The notes below the pieces were generated by a model, which was not told the DNA's origin, ran no database searches, and saw nothing but the letters and a program-made list of their open reading frames with translations. A stretch of 64,000 nucleotides of DNA from Mustelus asterias (lineage: Eukaryota): the NCBI RefSeq assembly GCF_964213995.1, contig NC_135802.1, forward strand, positions 18,228,001-18,292,000, read 5' to 3'. Shown one piece after another: positions 48,201 to 60,634 of this stretch. A program made the position numbers and the translations under genes. Every line of letters begins with the position of its first letter. Position 1 is the first letter of the stretch.

Positions 48201-49389
48201 TCCCCCCACTTGCAAGGGTGAAGAGTGGAAATTTAAAACTCTTCTCAATATAATTCAGTTCTCTGATATTAGGGATTACCAATTGGATCTTCTCTGCACT
48301 GTTCCAAAGCTTGCATTTTTACCTTGTGCTTCAACTGAATGCAGTTCTCAAATATGACCAAATGAGAACATTATAATGTTTCAGCCTCAGTCTTGTACTC
48401 TGAAACTGCACTTAAGTAGTGCCCTATAACATCCCAAGTTGCTTCATGTATATTAGGTTGACAAACACAATCGTCACTTTGTGCACAGGGTCCCAGAAAA
48501 TGTAAATAAGATGAATAACCATTCATGCGTCTGTTTGTTGGTGTTTGTTAAGAGCAGGGTCAGATCACAGAGTCAATTTTCTGCCCCTCTATTTGAAGAG
48601 ACATTGGCTTTTCTATAGCCAAAGCCTTTCACCACCAGTGAGGCACAAATTAACAGTGTGATGGAGCAACACTCCATTTATCTGGAAAGGTGCAGATGCA
48701 CCAATAGTCAACAAGTTTGACACTATCCAGGAAAAGACAGATTGTTTAACTGGCACTTCATCCACTTGGGTAAACATCCACCATCTCCACTACCACTTAC
48801 AGTGCTGCAGTATTTACTAGCCACAGCTTCCTCTGCAGCACCTCCCAAACCTGGACCTCGACCAGCTAGAAGGACAAAGGCAACATGGGAGCAACATTAT
48901 TTCCAAGTAATACATCATCCTTACTTGGATATACAATATAATTCTTCAGACAGCCTTGGTTTAATCTCTCACCTGGAAGTTAGTACTTTGGGCAGTGCAG
49001 CACACCCTTGGTTGCACACTGACGTGTCAGCCTAAATTACGTGTTTAAGTCATGTAGTATGCTTTTGTTTTTAGTTTAGTTAGGGCATCATGTTCGGCAC
49101 AGGCTTTGAGGGCCGAAGGGCCTGTTCCTGTGCAGTACTTTTCTTTGTTCTTTCATCAGGATTGAATCACAATCTGCAACTTGACTGAAAGAAGCAGTGG
49201 TGCACCATAGAAAGGAAACTGAATGATAGAGAACTAGTCTGAAGATAAATGCCAAAAACACTGCCTCAAGACTCAGAATAAAATAACAGTGATCAAAACA
49301 GGAACACCGGTTAACAGTGACATTGAAAACAATCGCTGGACACCAGGCACCCCCAACAAAAATGGCTCTTTCAGAGCTTAGACTAAAAT

Positions 49390-50135
49390 ACAAAGAACAC
49401 TACAGCACAGGAACAAGCCCTTCAGCCCAACAAGCCTGTGCTGATTACGTTGTCCTATCTAGACCAACCGCCTGTCTCCCTCTAGTCCCCACCTGTTCAT
49501 GTGTCTATAAAGATAAGTCTTAAAAGTTGCTAATGTGTCTGCCTCAATCACCTCACTTGGCAGTGCATTCCAGACCCCCACCACCCTCTGTGTAAAAAAA
49601 ACTTTCCCCGCACATCTCTACTGAACATTTCCCCCCCCTTACCTTGAACTTGTGCCCCCTTGTAATTGTCATTTCTGCCCTGGGAAAAAGCTTCCAACTA
49701 TTCACCTTATCTATGCCCCTCATAATTATATAAACTTCTATCAGGTCGCCCCTCAGCCTCTGTCTTTCCAGGCAGAACAATCCCAGTTTATTCAATCTCC
49801 CCTCATAGCTAGGCATAGCATATCAGGCCACATCCTGGTCAACCTTTTCTATACACCCTCCACGTCCTTCTGGTAGCGTGGCAACCAGAATCTGTTAGAG
49901 GCCCTGCAATTTCCTCTTGCCTCTCTCAGTAATCTGGGATAAATGCAATTTGGCCCTGGGGATTTGTCTACCTTAATACTTGTTAATACACCTAACACTT
50001 CCTCCCTCGTAATGATGACTTGCTCTAGAGGGTTTACATTCCCCTCCGAGACACCGTCAATCAACGTGTCCCTCTCCTTTGTGAATACCGATGCAAAGTA
50101 CTCATGAAGGATCTCACCCACTTCCTTTGGTTCAA
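49390..50135 (-). mobile_element. CR1 with a large internal deletion (EN-RT linker joined directly to the RT C-terminus near 49890)
   Basis: ORFs 49849..50151 (EVGEILHEYFASVFTKE...KSPGP...YPRLLREAR) and 49553..49816. Confidence 0.85.
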
Positions 50136-53100
50136 CAATAGCAATCTGCATTAGTTACATTACCAAAAACAGTTGGGATAAATGGTGAAGATCTTTATAG
50201 CTGACAGGCAATACAGCTACCTTCTTACTCAGATCTTGGGATAAGAAATTAAAATTTCTTGTGAAACATTTCACAGCTTGATGATTTATCCTCAGCTACA
50301 TGAAATGCTAGAGAACCAATTCTGTATGTGTTCCTGTATTGGATTAATCCGCAAACTATTTGAAGTACAGTCCATCTTGTGTCCTGAGATAGATAGAAAG
50401 CTGGTTAGCAGACAGGAAGCAAAGAGTTGTAATAAATGGGATCTATGCTCGGACCCCAGCTGTTTACATGACATGTTAATGATCTGGACGTGGGAAATTT
50501 ATATATATACTCTTGCGGTGAAATAAAGACAGATCTAAGAATAAAGCAGGTAAATACTAATTTCTGCAAATGTTTGCGACTGGATCTACAGAACTTGAAG
50601 TGGGTAGAAGCCATTTTAAGAAGGATGCTACAATTTTTAAACCAGGGTATTTTAAATTGAAAGCAATGAAATCTACACATTCTACTGTTGGAGAAATATA
50701 GTCTTTAAAACTTTTTTTTAAGAAACACTGAAAATAAGATTATGGTTACAAATTTGAACAAGCGCCAAATCTGCCTGAGAGAAAGCAGGGCCAGTCAGAG
50801 CTACTTCCCTTGGAGATTAGAAAGCTCTTGCTGGAATCCAACAGAGTTTGGGCATATTCTAAAATCAGTTGAAAAAAAGCATTGTTCTCTATAAGCTAGA
50901 ATCCAAAATTTTAAATGTTAACTATGCTGCCCACTGTTGCAGCACAAGTGCATTTCTCTCTAAACATTTCACAAGAAAGCTAATTTTATTTTGGAGGGAA
51001 CAAATTAATTAAAGTCAAAGGGAATGAAGCAGGTCAGTTCGATGATGTAGTGAGACTGAAGGCAGCGAATAGAAGAATGTCCTTGGGATTTTGTTGGCAG
51101 ATTGTCATTGTCATTGACGCAGCATGTTAAAATCATTCCAAAGAATGTTTACTACAGAATCTTCTCACTGGCCAGTAATAGACCAAAGTGATATTTCAGT
51201 ATTAGTCAAGAGGACAGTTGACCAATGCTTTATAGGTCTAGGGAGAAATAAGTAGAAATTTAAAAAGAGAAAAGCAAGTTCCAATAATTGAGAAAAGTGA
51301 CCTGTTTAGGAAAATAAACTAAATATTTTATTAAGATTAATTAAAATGCATCACATTGAAGGGACAAAGTTTATCACATTCATTAGAAGTTATTTTCTAA
51401 GTACACTAAATGTATTCTGTGCATTTTTATCAGCTTCTGTTTGAACATTGATTTTACTGTCTTCAAAAACTTTTTCCATCCCTTACGAAAAATTTGCCTC
51501 ATTTTTTTGAGCTGGATGTTCATGTTCCCTAGTACTAATTCACTGTAACACCCAAGGGCAAGAAAGAAATATATATATAATACATATATATATAGTGCTT
51601 CAATTTTGACCTTTGTTGCTTCCTCACTCCTGTATAGAAGATTCTTGTTTTGCACTGCTTTTTAGTTTTTTGACTGGGACGGACAGCATTGAGATTTGAA
51701 TTCAACAACACCATAACACAATCTAAAACAGCTGAACTGTCATATCTGTATTATGAATTTGGACTTATTTCAAAGAATTAGTAAAGAAATAACCACTGTA
51801 ACATTTTTCTCATTCATTCAACCTTCACATAAAAATATTAGTCCAAATTTAGCACATTGGCAGAAAGATTCCGCTATGTTCACGTCAACTTGGAGCAATC
51901 CACACGTCATCTGCAACTAATCAGTCAAGACTGTAATATTTTGTGAAAGCATGCAAACTGTTCTAAGCAAGTGCCTTACAGACATTTTGAGAGAAACCCT
52001 ACATGTGCTGGCTGCGGGTTCATGAAGTGGTCATCTCAAGCGTTTTCAATCTTTGGGAAGACCTGCTCTAGGTCAAATAATGGATCTACTCAACTAGCAA
52101 TTCACTGTGTTTGATGATTCACAAGTATTGATCTGATATGGAAAAAATAGTTGCCAAGATTTGTTTAAACTTAATAGTGTCATTTGTATCGACAGCAGAA
52201 GCTCACAACCAAATGGTACCCCCTTACAATGAAAAAAAAGACACAGGTGGCTTGTATCGCAGTTTCAGAATAAATGTGGTGTTCCTCCCATTAACCTGGT
52301 TGAAGGACATGAACTCCACATCGACTCCACATTGAACTAGAGATTTCTGTGGTCTGTCAGGTACCATATCATTCCAGACTGTATATTTATCCACTAAAAC
52401 TTGGGATGGAGAAGAAAAAAAAATCCATGTTGAATTCTGGGAAGATTCCATGCAGCCTTCTCAGATTATCTGCTCATTGAAGGTTATTTCCACACTCAAG
52501 TGCTATAGTAGCAGTTCGGCACTGAGGGAGAGAAGGGCCAGTTGTGCACCAAAAATATTTCTTACAACACCAGGAGACACACCTTTCGGAAAGAAGGAAT
52601 GAGATGTCAGTGGGATGGGCTTAGCAGCTGCAGCTAATTCCTTCTGTGGTACACCAGTGCTCATTTGAATTGCAACTTACGAAGACCCTGTATTGATGAT
52701 TGTACCAAAAGTGCAGTGGTTAACCATTTGCACACCGATTAATAGAAATATGAATTACACTTCAGCCACTTGTTTGGAACTGAATACCTGATGACCACCA
52801 GTGCATGAGGCTGAATTCCAAACAAATTATCCATTGGTTTACCTTTCCTGCAATCTTACATGCTTAAGCCCAATCCCCTACCTGAACTGGGGCGGGGGTA
52901 TTTGGTACAAATGGAACAAGAGTTTCTTCTCTGCACCTGGAGGGCTTAATTTAGATATATCTGTACTTAGGGTAGCTTTTCAGTAAATAGGACTGTCATG
53001 AATTGAACTTGAAATCGGTGTCAAACCCGTGAAAATTAGATTATAAGGTACATGTACAGTATAATCTGGTTTAGATAGGATCTAGCAAAGTCAACACAGA

Positions 53101-53169
53101 TTCCAAAAATGGAAAGTAAGTACCAGGTACGAAAGGTATGTTGACTAGTTTGACTGGCGGGCTGATACT

Positions 53170-53596
53170 AATGGAGTATCTGGTAGAAGTCTTTGAGATA
53201 ATGAAAGGGTAAATGCAGGGGAAATGTTTGCCCTGATGGGGTGTTCGGAACTGGAGGCAATAAATATTACAGAGTCACTAATACAACCGATAAATAAATG
53301 GAGAATCCAGGAGAAACTGTTTTATCCAGAGGGTGGTATGAATGTGGAACACACTACCAGGTTTGAGCAGCCAGATCCCTGCTTCTACTCCTTATGTACC
53401 ACAAGGAGCATCTGAGGTAAGTAGCATAACTTTATTTAAGGGGAAGCTAGATTAAGATAAGGGAGAAAGGAATAGAAGGGTGTACTTATAGGATTAGATG
53501 AAAAGTGGCAAAAGAATACCTGTGTGGTGCATAATCTAGAATAGACAAGTTGGGCTAAATGGACTGTTTTTGTGCCATCAACTCTATATGACTCCT
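53170..53596 (+). mobile_element. Highly degenerate CR1 3' end
   Basis: VEVFEIMK...GEMFAL remnant, ttttatccagagggtggt, and gttgggctaaatggactgtttttgtgc end. Confidence 0.6.
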
Positions 53597-54143
53597 GTGT
53601 ATTGGATGAAGGAGGTTGTGTTACCCCCATAAAAAAAAACTTCATTGTGACTTTTCAAAAAGAAACCGTCCTTCAGTTTAAAAAAAATCTAGAGAATCTT
53701 GCAGAATTGAAAAATAAATCTTTTCTAGGGTGTAAAGCAGATTCAGTATACTAACGACAACAGGCAAACAAGAACAGTCAGTATGGTTCAGGGGAGAGCC
53801 ATTTGGAAATTCTACAATCCCAGAAGCAAAGCTGTACTTGTAGCATGTGCATGTTGGGAGACAAGGCTACAACAGCAGTCGCACTGATTCTCCAAGCTCT
53901 GTTGCCTTACGTGCAGAGACAGAAGAAGGGAAGACATCACCTGTCAAAAGCAGCATTAGTTTTTGAAGGAACAATCATCTTCTCTAATGCAGAACAGCTA
54001 TAATTCATGTTATATCAGAAGGTTGAATGAATAAAGAACAAAAATAATCATTTGACTACCTTAGCAGATACAAGAGAGAGAGAGAGAGACCCAAGCCAAA
54101 TGTAAACAGAAAAGGAATAAAAATCTGAAATAATATGAATTAC

Positions 54144-54260
54144 CACTTTGATGTTCCAAATGGTGTTCTGAGGTTGCTTTGTTTTTACCAGACTCTCCCG
54201 AAATTCATAATTGTCTGTAGACCAGGAAGGGGAACTCATGGCATTTGTCGCCCACATGCC
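54144..54260 (-). CDS. KMT2C: KMT2C exon (~human exon 15), 117 nt, phase 0/0: GMWATNAMSSPSWSTDNYEFRESLVKTKQPQNTIWNIKV
   Basis: Acceptor cttttttcacctaccatatcctag, donor GTG|gtaatt. Similar to human GAWSTHNTVSPPSWSPD...AIWSIKV. Lies within ORF 54048..54257. Confidence 0.88.
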
Positions 54261-54529
54261 CTAGGATATGGTAGGTGAAAAAAGATGTAATTGGGGAAAC
54301 CCCCAGCAAAATAAACTTAACTCCTAAACATGAAACTAATATGCAAAAAAAAGAAGAAAGCTTAGGACATTTTTTTCTCTTGTAAGGTATGAAGTTTTAG
54401 ATAAATAAAATTGCAAAATCAGACCGTGCACCGAAAAGGACGTGTATGAGGCCAAGGAACCAAAATTGTCATCCTGCGATCAATTTATTTATTTACAAAT
54501 GCACTCTGCCAAGGGAGACGTGAATGAAG

Positions 54530-54594
54530 GAAAAATTAAACAAGTCTCATTTTCTTCATGAAAAATTAAACAAGTCTCATTTTCTTCATGAAAA
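54530..54594. repeat. Perfect 30-bp tandem duplication
   Basis: GAAAAATTAAACAAGTCTCATTTTCTTCAT at 54530-54559 and 54560-54589. Confidence 0.95.
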
Positions 54595-56016
54595 TGAGAG
54601 ACTCTAACTTAAAGGAGCTGCATTTCTTAACCTTGCGTCACTTGTAACTAAATTGCTGACAGCGCCCAACCTTTCGCAATCAACAGTTTAATAAAAATAA
54701 GAAAAGTTAAGAGAGAAAAACGCAGCTACTGATAATCTGTAATGAAAACAGAAAATGCTCTTCATAGGCAGGAGTTCAAGAAGCATTCGAAGTAAAGAAT
54801 CAATTAAGGATCTGTATCAGAAACATTAACCCTTCTGCTCAAACCTGCTGAGCACTTCCAGCCTTTTCTGTTTCCTGATATCCACCCCCACTGGCCCCAT
54901 TTGCTCAACTAAGAATACACTTTAAGCCACAGAGATGCTTTTGCTTCTCTTCCAGGAATGCTGTTTTGATCGTGAGCGCACTAAGTAGATAGTAGAGGCA
55001 TTTCCAATCCATTCAAAACTGGGCTCCATCACTACAGCCTACAATGATGAGCATATTGACTCAATCACATTCATCACTCTACCCCAACCAGGATTGAGGA
55101 CGCATTCCATAATTCATAAAATGACCCTCAAGAGAAATACGAACACATGAAATTATGTTTCAAATAATAAAAAATACAGCTCCTTTAATTTTAACATTAT
55201 AATATGCATCAAAGTAGAATTAATTAAAAATAAGCTGTGAAAACTTCTAGTTCAATGGAAGAGCACTAGCAGTTCTCGGACACAATTTTTCAGAACTGAT
55301 AAACACCAAATTTCAGTAAAAGTTCAAAGATTCTAAATCACTACGAGTACGTCTTCCAAAGAACTGTGTCCTACTGCAAAAGCATCATAAATTTCATACC
55401 AAACTAAATCTTATGAAGGAAATGATTATTATAGGTGCTCTGATGGAATTATGTAACTGTGCAAAAGAATGAAACAAATTACACAAATGCAATGTGTAGT
55501 CAAAAAATAAAACATGTTTTATGCATTCCCAGCAATGATTTTATCACAGAATACCATTGACCGATTAGAAAAAAGTCTAATTTCGAAAATAAATACACCA
55601 GGCATAAATGACTACAAGTCGCGTCTTAGAAGATGAAAAAGGACTGTCAAAGGGCCAATCAATGGATGTCCTGTTTGTACAACCTCTCATTTAACAAGGA
55701 CACATTTTTAATTCTTAAGAGCATAAAATAAGGTGATGCAAATGTCCAAGTGTCATAATCTTATGTAAAGTGAGAGAGATAAAAACCTTCATTTGTTACT
55801 GTGCCACAAGTTATGTATAACCAAACTCAGTGAGGCTTTCCTCTCCCAATACCCCTAAAGGAATCACCTAACCTGAAAGATACAGATAATTCTGTATTAA
55901 ATACTTAGATAGTTTGAAGAAATGGTTGGAATAATTAAGAAGCTAAAAAATAGGAAATGCAATTCAAATAAAACATAATGTTCGCAAAGATCAAAGACAC
56001 ACGCACACACAGCCTA

Positions 56017-56127
56017 CGGATGGGATTCTCTGGTGCCGCTGCAGTGAATGGAGTTTTGGCTGGGCACCAAATTCTTTATTCCTGCTAGAAGTGGGGGAGG
56101 GGTGAACAAGATTGGAGAATTCTGCCC
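56017..56127. mobile_element. MITE (PIF/Harbinger-like)
   Basis: Termini ggatgggattctct...ggagaattctgccc and the shared core gctgcagtgaatggag. Confidence 0.65.
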
Positions 56128-56504
56128 ATGGTCTCAGAGTTGACTGCGAAATTTAACAGTAATCTGCGCAAACATCCAGATTAAATTAAAATTACCAACC
56201 TGAGTGGCAGGAAAACCTTAATCAGTGCACCTTTCGGGGCATGAATTACATCCTATCTCTTGTTTTCTCTCTTATGCAACCCCCTTCCCATCTAATTAGT
56301 TACTACAGTATTTACTGATGAAATCAGAATTGGGGATAATGGGCCAAATGATGGGCAATTATGTGAATTTTGGTGCCTGGAAAGCTTTCAGTTCACACAT
56401 ACATAAATCTAAACCTTTACCGCATGTGCATGAAATAATTATTTAGTAGCACATGGAATTTGCAAGTCTTCTTGAAACTATACAGTACTGAGTGCTGGTG
56501 GTGC

Positions 56505-56743
56505 ACCGAATCGCATCAACTGACTCAAGAACAGCTTCTTCCCTGCTGCCATCAGACTTTCAAATGGACCTACCTCGTATTAAATTGATCTTTCTCTACA
56601 CCCTAGCTATGACTAACACTACATTCAGCACTCTCGTCTTTCCTTCTCTTTGTATGGTAGGCTTTGTCTGTATGGCGCAAGAAACAGTACTTTTCACTGT
56701 ATACTATTCACTGTTCGCATGTGACAATAATAAATCAAATCAA
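56505..56743 (+). mobile_element. Rex1/Babar-type LINE 3' end
   Basis: ctcaagaacagcttcttccctgctgccatcagacttt (LKNSFFPAAIRL) and aataaatcaaatc tail. Confidence 0.82.
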
Positions 56744-57545
56744 TGACAATCTTTATTTTCAGTGAGGCTTGTTGATATTCTTTCATTTGGATGATCGTAT
56801 GGTTGCTGGTAAGGTATGACCTTTTCACACAGGTTATTGCAGGCAGAATGATCCTCAATTTTGAGGTGGAGGTGTGTAACAAGTAAAAAGGACATAACTA
56901 TCAGATGGAATACGAGTGGCTGAAGGAAACATTTTATTCTGCAGCATTGAAGATGCACAAAGTTCAAATAGGTCAGCACTGCTTGCCCCAACCTCCTCCA
57001 GCAGAACACCCAAGTTTGGAGTCTACGGTATTTGTTGCAAACTACCTGTTGCATTTAAGTCCATTACACTAGATATTAGCTGTCTCAAAAGGCATGAAAA
57101 CCAGATAGGATTTATCCCACCCTGCCCATCAGCTCATCATGAAGAATGTTTAACAACCACAGAGGTGTTCAACAAATGGAGTGACTGGTCTTTCTGGTTA
57201 GAGAATCAACCAACCGCAGTGGTTCAAAGAGAAGGCTCATTCATACCTTTGCAGGACAACTAAGGAGAGGACAATAAACTGTAGCCCACATCTTAAAATA
57301 TACGGCTAGTGAGAGCTAAGAGCACAAAAGGGAGTTCAAAACTAAATGACAAAGACAACTACATTTACTACAATGAGTAAACCACTAAATTCATAGATAC
57401 ATTGCATAAAATCAGGAGGTATATGGGCAGGATGATGTCTGATAGTGGTTTGAAGAAATTCATAGACACCACAAAATTTCAGAATAAAATTAAGTGGAAA
57501 ATGCTAAAATGTCCAATGCATGCTAAGGAAACCCAAAAGCTCCAG

Positions 57546-57576
57546 AATATATATATATATAATATATATATATATA
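57546..57576. repeat. Interrupted (TA)n microsatellite
   Basis: aatatatatatatataatatatatatatata. Confidence 0.9.
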
Positions 57577-59099
57577 AAATCACCTGGCAGTTCATACTCT
57601 GAAGGCTCAATCAGGTAAATGTCAAGTGATCTCACCTTTTATATAAGTGGTTTGAAAACACCATCAATAAGGCCTACTTTAATCAGTTTGGAATGTCACT
57701 GGCTCACATGAATACAGGGCCCCGATTTCTTAACTGGAGTTGAACTACATGAATCATTGTCCTTCCCTATGGCATTTGCACCAATCCCAGCCCAGAAAAC
57801 AATGGCAGAGACAAGACCAACAGGTCCATTGAGCCTGCCCTCAACTACCTGGACTGCATAGACAAAAGTCTTCATCCAATTCTATTCATCATTCCTTAGG
57901 CAATGACCTCACTCAAGGTGAACAGCAAAAATGGATACTAAATCCTTAAGTGATGAAGAGCTAGTATCAGGCACTGAAGGAACAGAGTTCAAAGGAACAG
58001 AGTTCATACTGCGCTATCCAGCTGTTGTGAGATCCTCTGCAGAGCCTTCTGCGAGGTACACTGCAGAAGGAGTGGATGCAACAACAAAGATGGGACATAT
58101 CAACTACGTGAAATGAACAGCGGACTTTGACAAACCCACAGTTATCCTAAAGAGCAAAAATACGTACCTGCTCAATAATCCTATTGTTAACTGGCTATGT
58201 CAGTCTGCAGATTAAGTACTCACATGGACACAGTCCATAATTTAGGTTGGACACAGCTGGCAGTGCACAATGACTCAAAAGCTAATCTATTGAACACAAT
58301 AAAAAACTAGCATCCCTCTTCCATGTTGATATGTATAGCTTTTAAAAGTCATGTAAGACAACTTTCCGGAAAGATTTTTAAGCCAGCTCCCAGTTCTGGT
58401 GTTGATAAGTCGGCTTGGGGGTTCACCACAGCACTTCCAAAGTGTGGCACCTAACACTTGGTTAGTCTGCTGATGGAACCAAGTTACAGATGTTAAGTGC
58501 ACGTTTACATAGAAATCATGCTAAAAACCTTTTGACATTTCACTGTTCTGACTATAGTTCCAATAATTAACACATTTGCTTTAGCACTGCAGATACTTGC
58601 ATAGACATATACTGTACTGGTAAAAGGTTATCCATTCCTTGGAGTCAGGCTGCACTAAAAATAGCTGCAATTAAATACATATTATACAGCAAGCGAATGT
58701 TTAATTTACCTTCTTGTCACTTTCATAGTTCTCAAGGTGTACATCCTCAGTGACATCTGCTTCTGATTTGACATCTGATGCCAACCTTTTCCAAGGTACA
58801 GGATAAAGAATTCCATTTGTATGAGTCACGCAGAGGAATATGAGAGGAGTGAGGGGATGAAAGACATACAAAGGAGTGAGCTAGAATCATACGCCACAAT
58901 GAGGAAAGGTTAAGAAATGGAAAGGAGAGCTCTCATGGATCAGGGTTTGCACCTTTGCAATGAGGTTGCTCAAGTTTGGAAATGTGGAATGATGCATGCT
59001 TCCGCTGAAAATTTGAGAGGCCTCAGTAAAGAGCTGACATGCTTTTTATTGATTGTTTATGAAATAAATATTGAAGTCAATGAGAATCAGAAGGAAAAC

Positions 59100-60005
59100 T
59101 CTCCACCTAGCACAAAGGAAGATGGTTGTAGTTGTAAGGAGGTCAATATTTCAGTTCCGGGACATCACTGAAGGAATTCCTCAAAGTAGTGTCCTGGGCC
59201 AAACCACCTCCAGCTGCTTCATCAATGAACCTTTCTTCATTTGAAGGCCAGAAGTGATACTATTCATGATTCCTCAGATACTGAAGCAGTTGTGTCCAAA
59301 AGTAGCAAGATCTTGACAATATTTCCAAGTACCAAGCAATGACCATCTTGAACAAGAGAGAGAATCTAATCACCTTTCCTCGACATTCAATGGCATTACA
59401 GTTGTCAAATTCCCACCATCAACATCCTGCGAGTCATCACTGACCAGGAATTTAACTGAATGAGCCACATAAATTCAGTGGCTACAAGATAATCTGCAGC
59501 AGGTGACTCACCTCTTGACTCCCCAACTTGCATGGCACAAGCCAGGAGTGTGATTGTATACTCTTCATCTCTGTGAATGAGTACAGCTCCAACAACACTT
59601 AAGATGCTCAACAGTACCTACCACCTTCCACTTCCTCCAACACTGGCACACTGTGTCTGCACTGCGTACACTGCAGCAACATTTCATGGCTTTTCAACCT
59701 CCCAAACCTGCGACCTCCAGCATCTAGAAGGGCAAGGCCAGCCAGTGCATTAGAACAGCACCATCTCCAAGGTTTGTCAAAGTCACACACCATCCTGATT
59801 GGGAAATATATTGCAGTTCATCATCGCTGGGTCAAAATCCTGGAACTCGCTCCCTAACAGCAATTTGTGGAGTATCTTCACCACATGGACTGCAACAATT
59901 CAAGAAGACAGCTCCATCTTCTCAAGGATAATTAGAAATGGACTTAAATACCAATCTTGCCAGCGATGTCCGCATCCAGTGAATGAAGAAATATTAAAAA
60001 TGAAT
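59100..60005 (+). mobile_element. Old CR1-like LINE 3' portion
   Basis: GIPQSSVLGQTTSSCFINE RT remnant and 3' blocks shared with 14080-14470. Confidence 0.65.
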
Positions 60006-60634
60006 AAATATCAGTTATCCAAGTCTTTGCATGCAGTATGGAGGGTGCAATTCTTTACAGCCATCTATTTAGGGTGTCCTTTTGTAGCAAAGATATATAA
60101 AATGTTAGTTCATTTTTTTCTTACTCCTATCTTTCCTACTCTCAACAGTATTTTGCACAATTAAACTAATTGGGCAAACCTTTCAAAGTCAGGAATTTCA
60201 TTCAAAAACTTCCTCCAACTGGAAAAATGGTATTGGCCTTCCAGACTTTTCCAACCTGCTTTATGTAAAGAATCATTGATTAGTATATGATATTCCCCTG
60301 AATAATTTGCCTTTTTGTTCTGAATACTCTTCCGTTATTTTCCTTATTATAGATATGGCCATTATGTAGTCCTCTAGGCAACTGATTTGCCCCCTTTTAT
60401 AGATTGACAATACAATATTTTTTCTTCTATCCTTCGAAAAAGTTTGTTTCTTTCAATTCATAAAAGGTGTTCACTCGAACATGACCAATTGCATAAGCTA
60501 CACACTTCTCCAGGGTGGAATCCACCTGGACCTAGGGCTCTGATTATTTTCCCCACAATGGTTTCAGCCTGTCATTTATATATATGTATATATAAGTGCA
60601 TCTTGACCTAAAAATTCATCCAAACAGTAAAATC

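Larger units (their letters stand above)
3016..54260 (-). other. KMT2C: Histone-lysine N-methyltransferase 2C (MLL3) gene, internal part (equivalent to human exons ~15-28 plus an extra exon); the gene extends beyond both window edges
   Basis: 14 GT-AG exons join in one open frame (1873 nt) and are collinear with human KMT2C as remembered ([91 protein letters not shown]). The KLKIINQNSVAVLQ and WNIKV segments favour KMT2C over KMT2D. Confidence 0.96.

Noticed and set aside
52296-52399. Cryptic minus-strand exon after a T-rich tract
   Set aside because: Weak donor (CAG|GTTAAT), 98 or 104 nt with in-frame stops and no resemblance to KMT2C; expected by chance.
57978-58006. Short tandem duplications (aaggaacagagttc x2; also near 30726-30754 and 25150-25180)
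   Set aside because: Ordinary slippage or junction duplications with no further structure.
58168-58204. 37-nt cryptic exon with a CAG|GTACGT donor
   Set aside because: No polypyrimidine tract upstream, and it is frameshifting with a stop.
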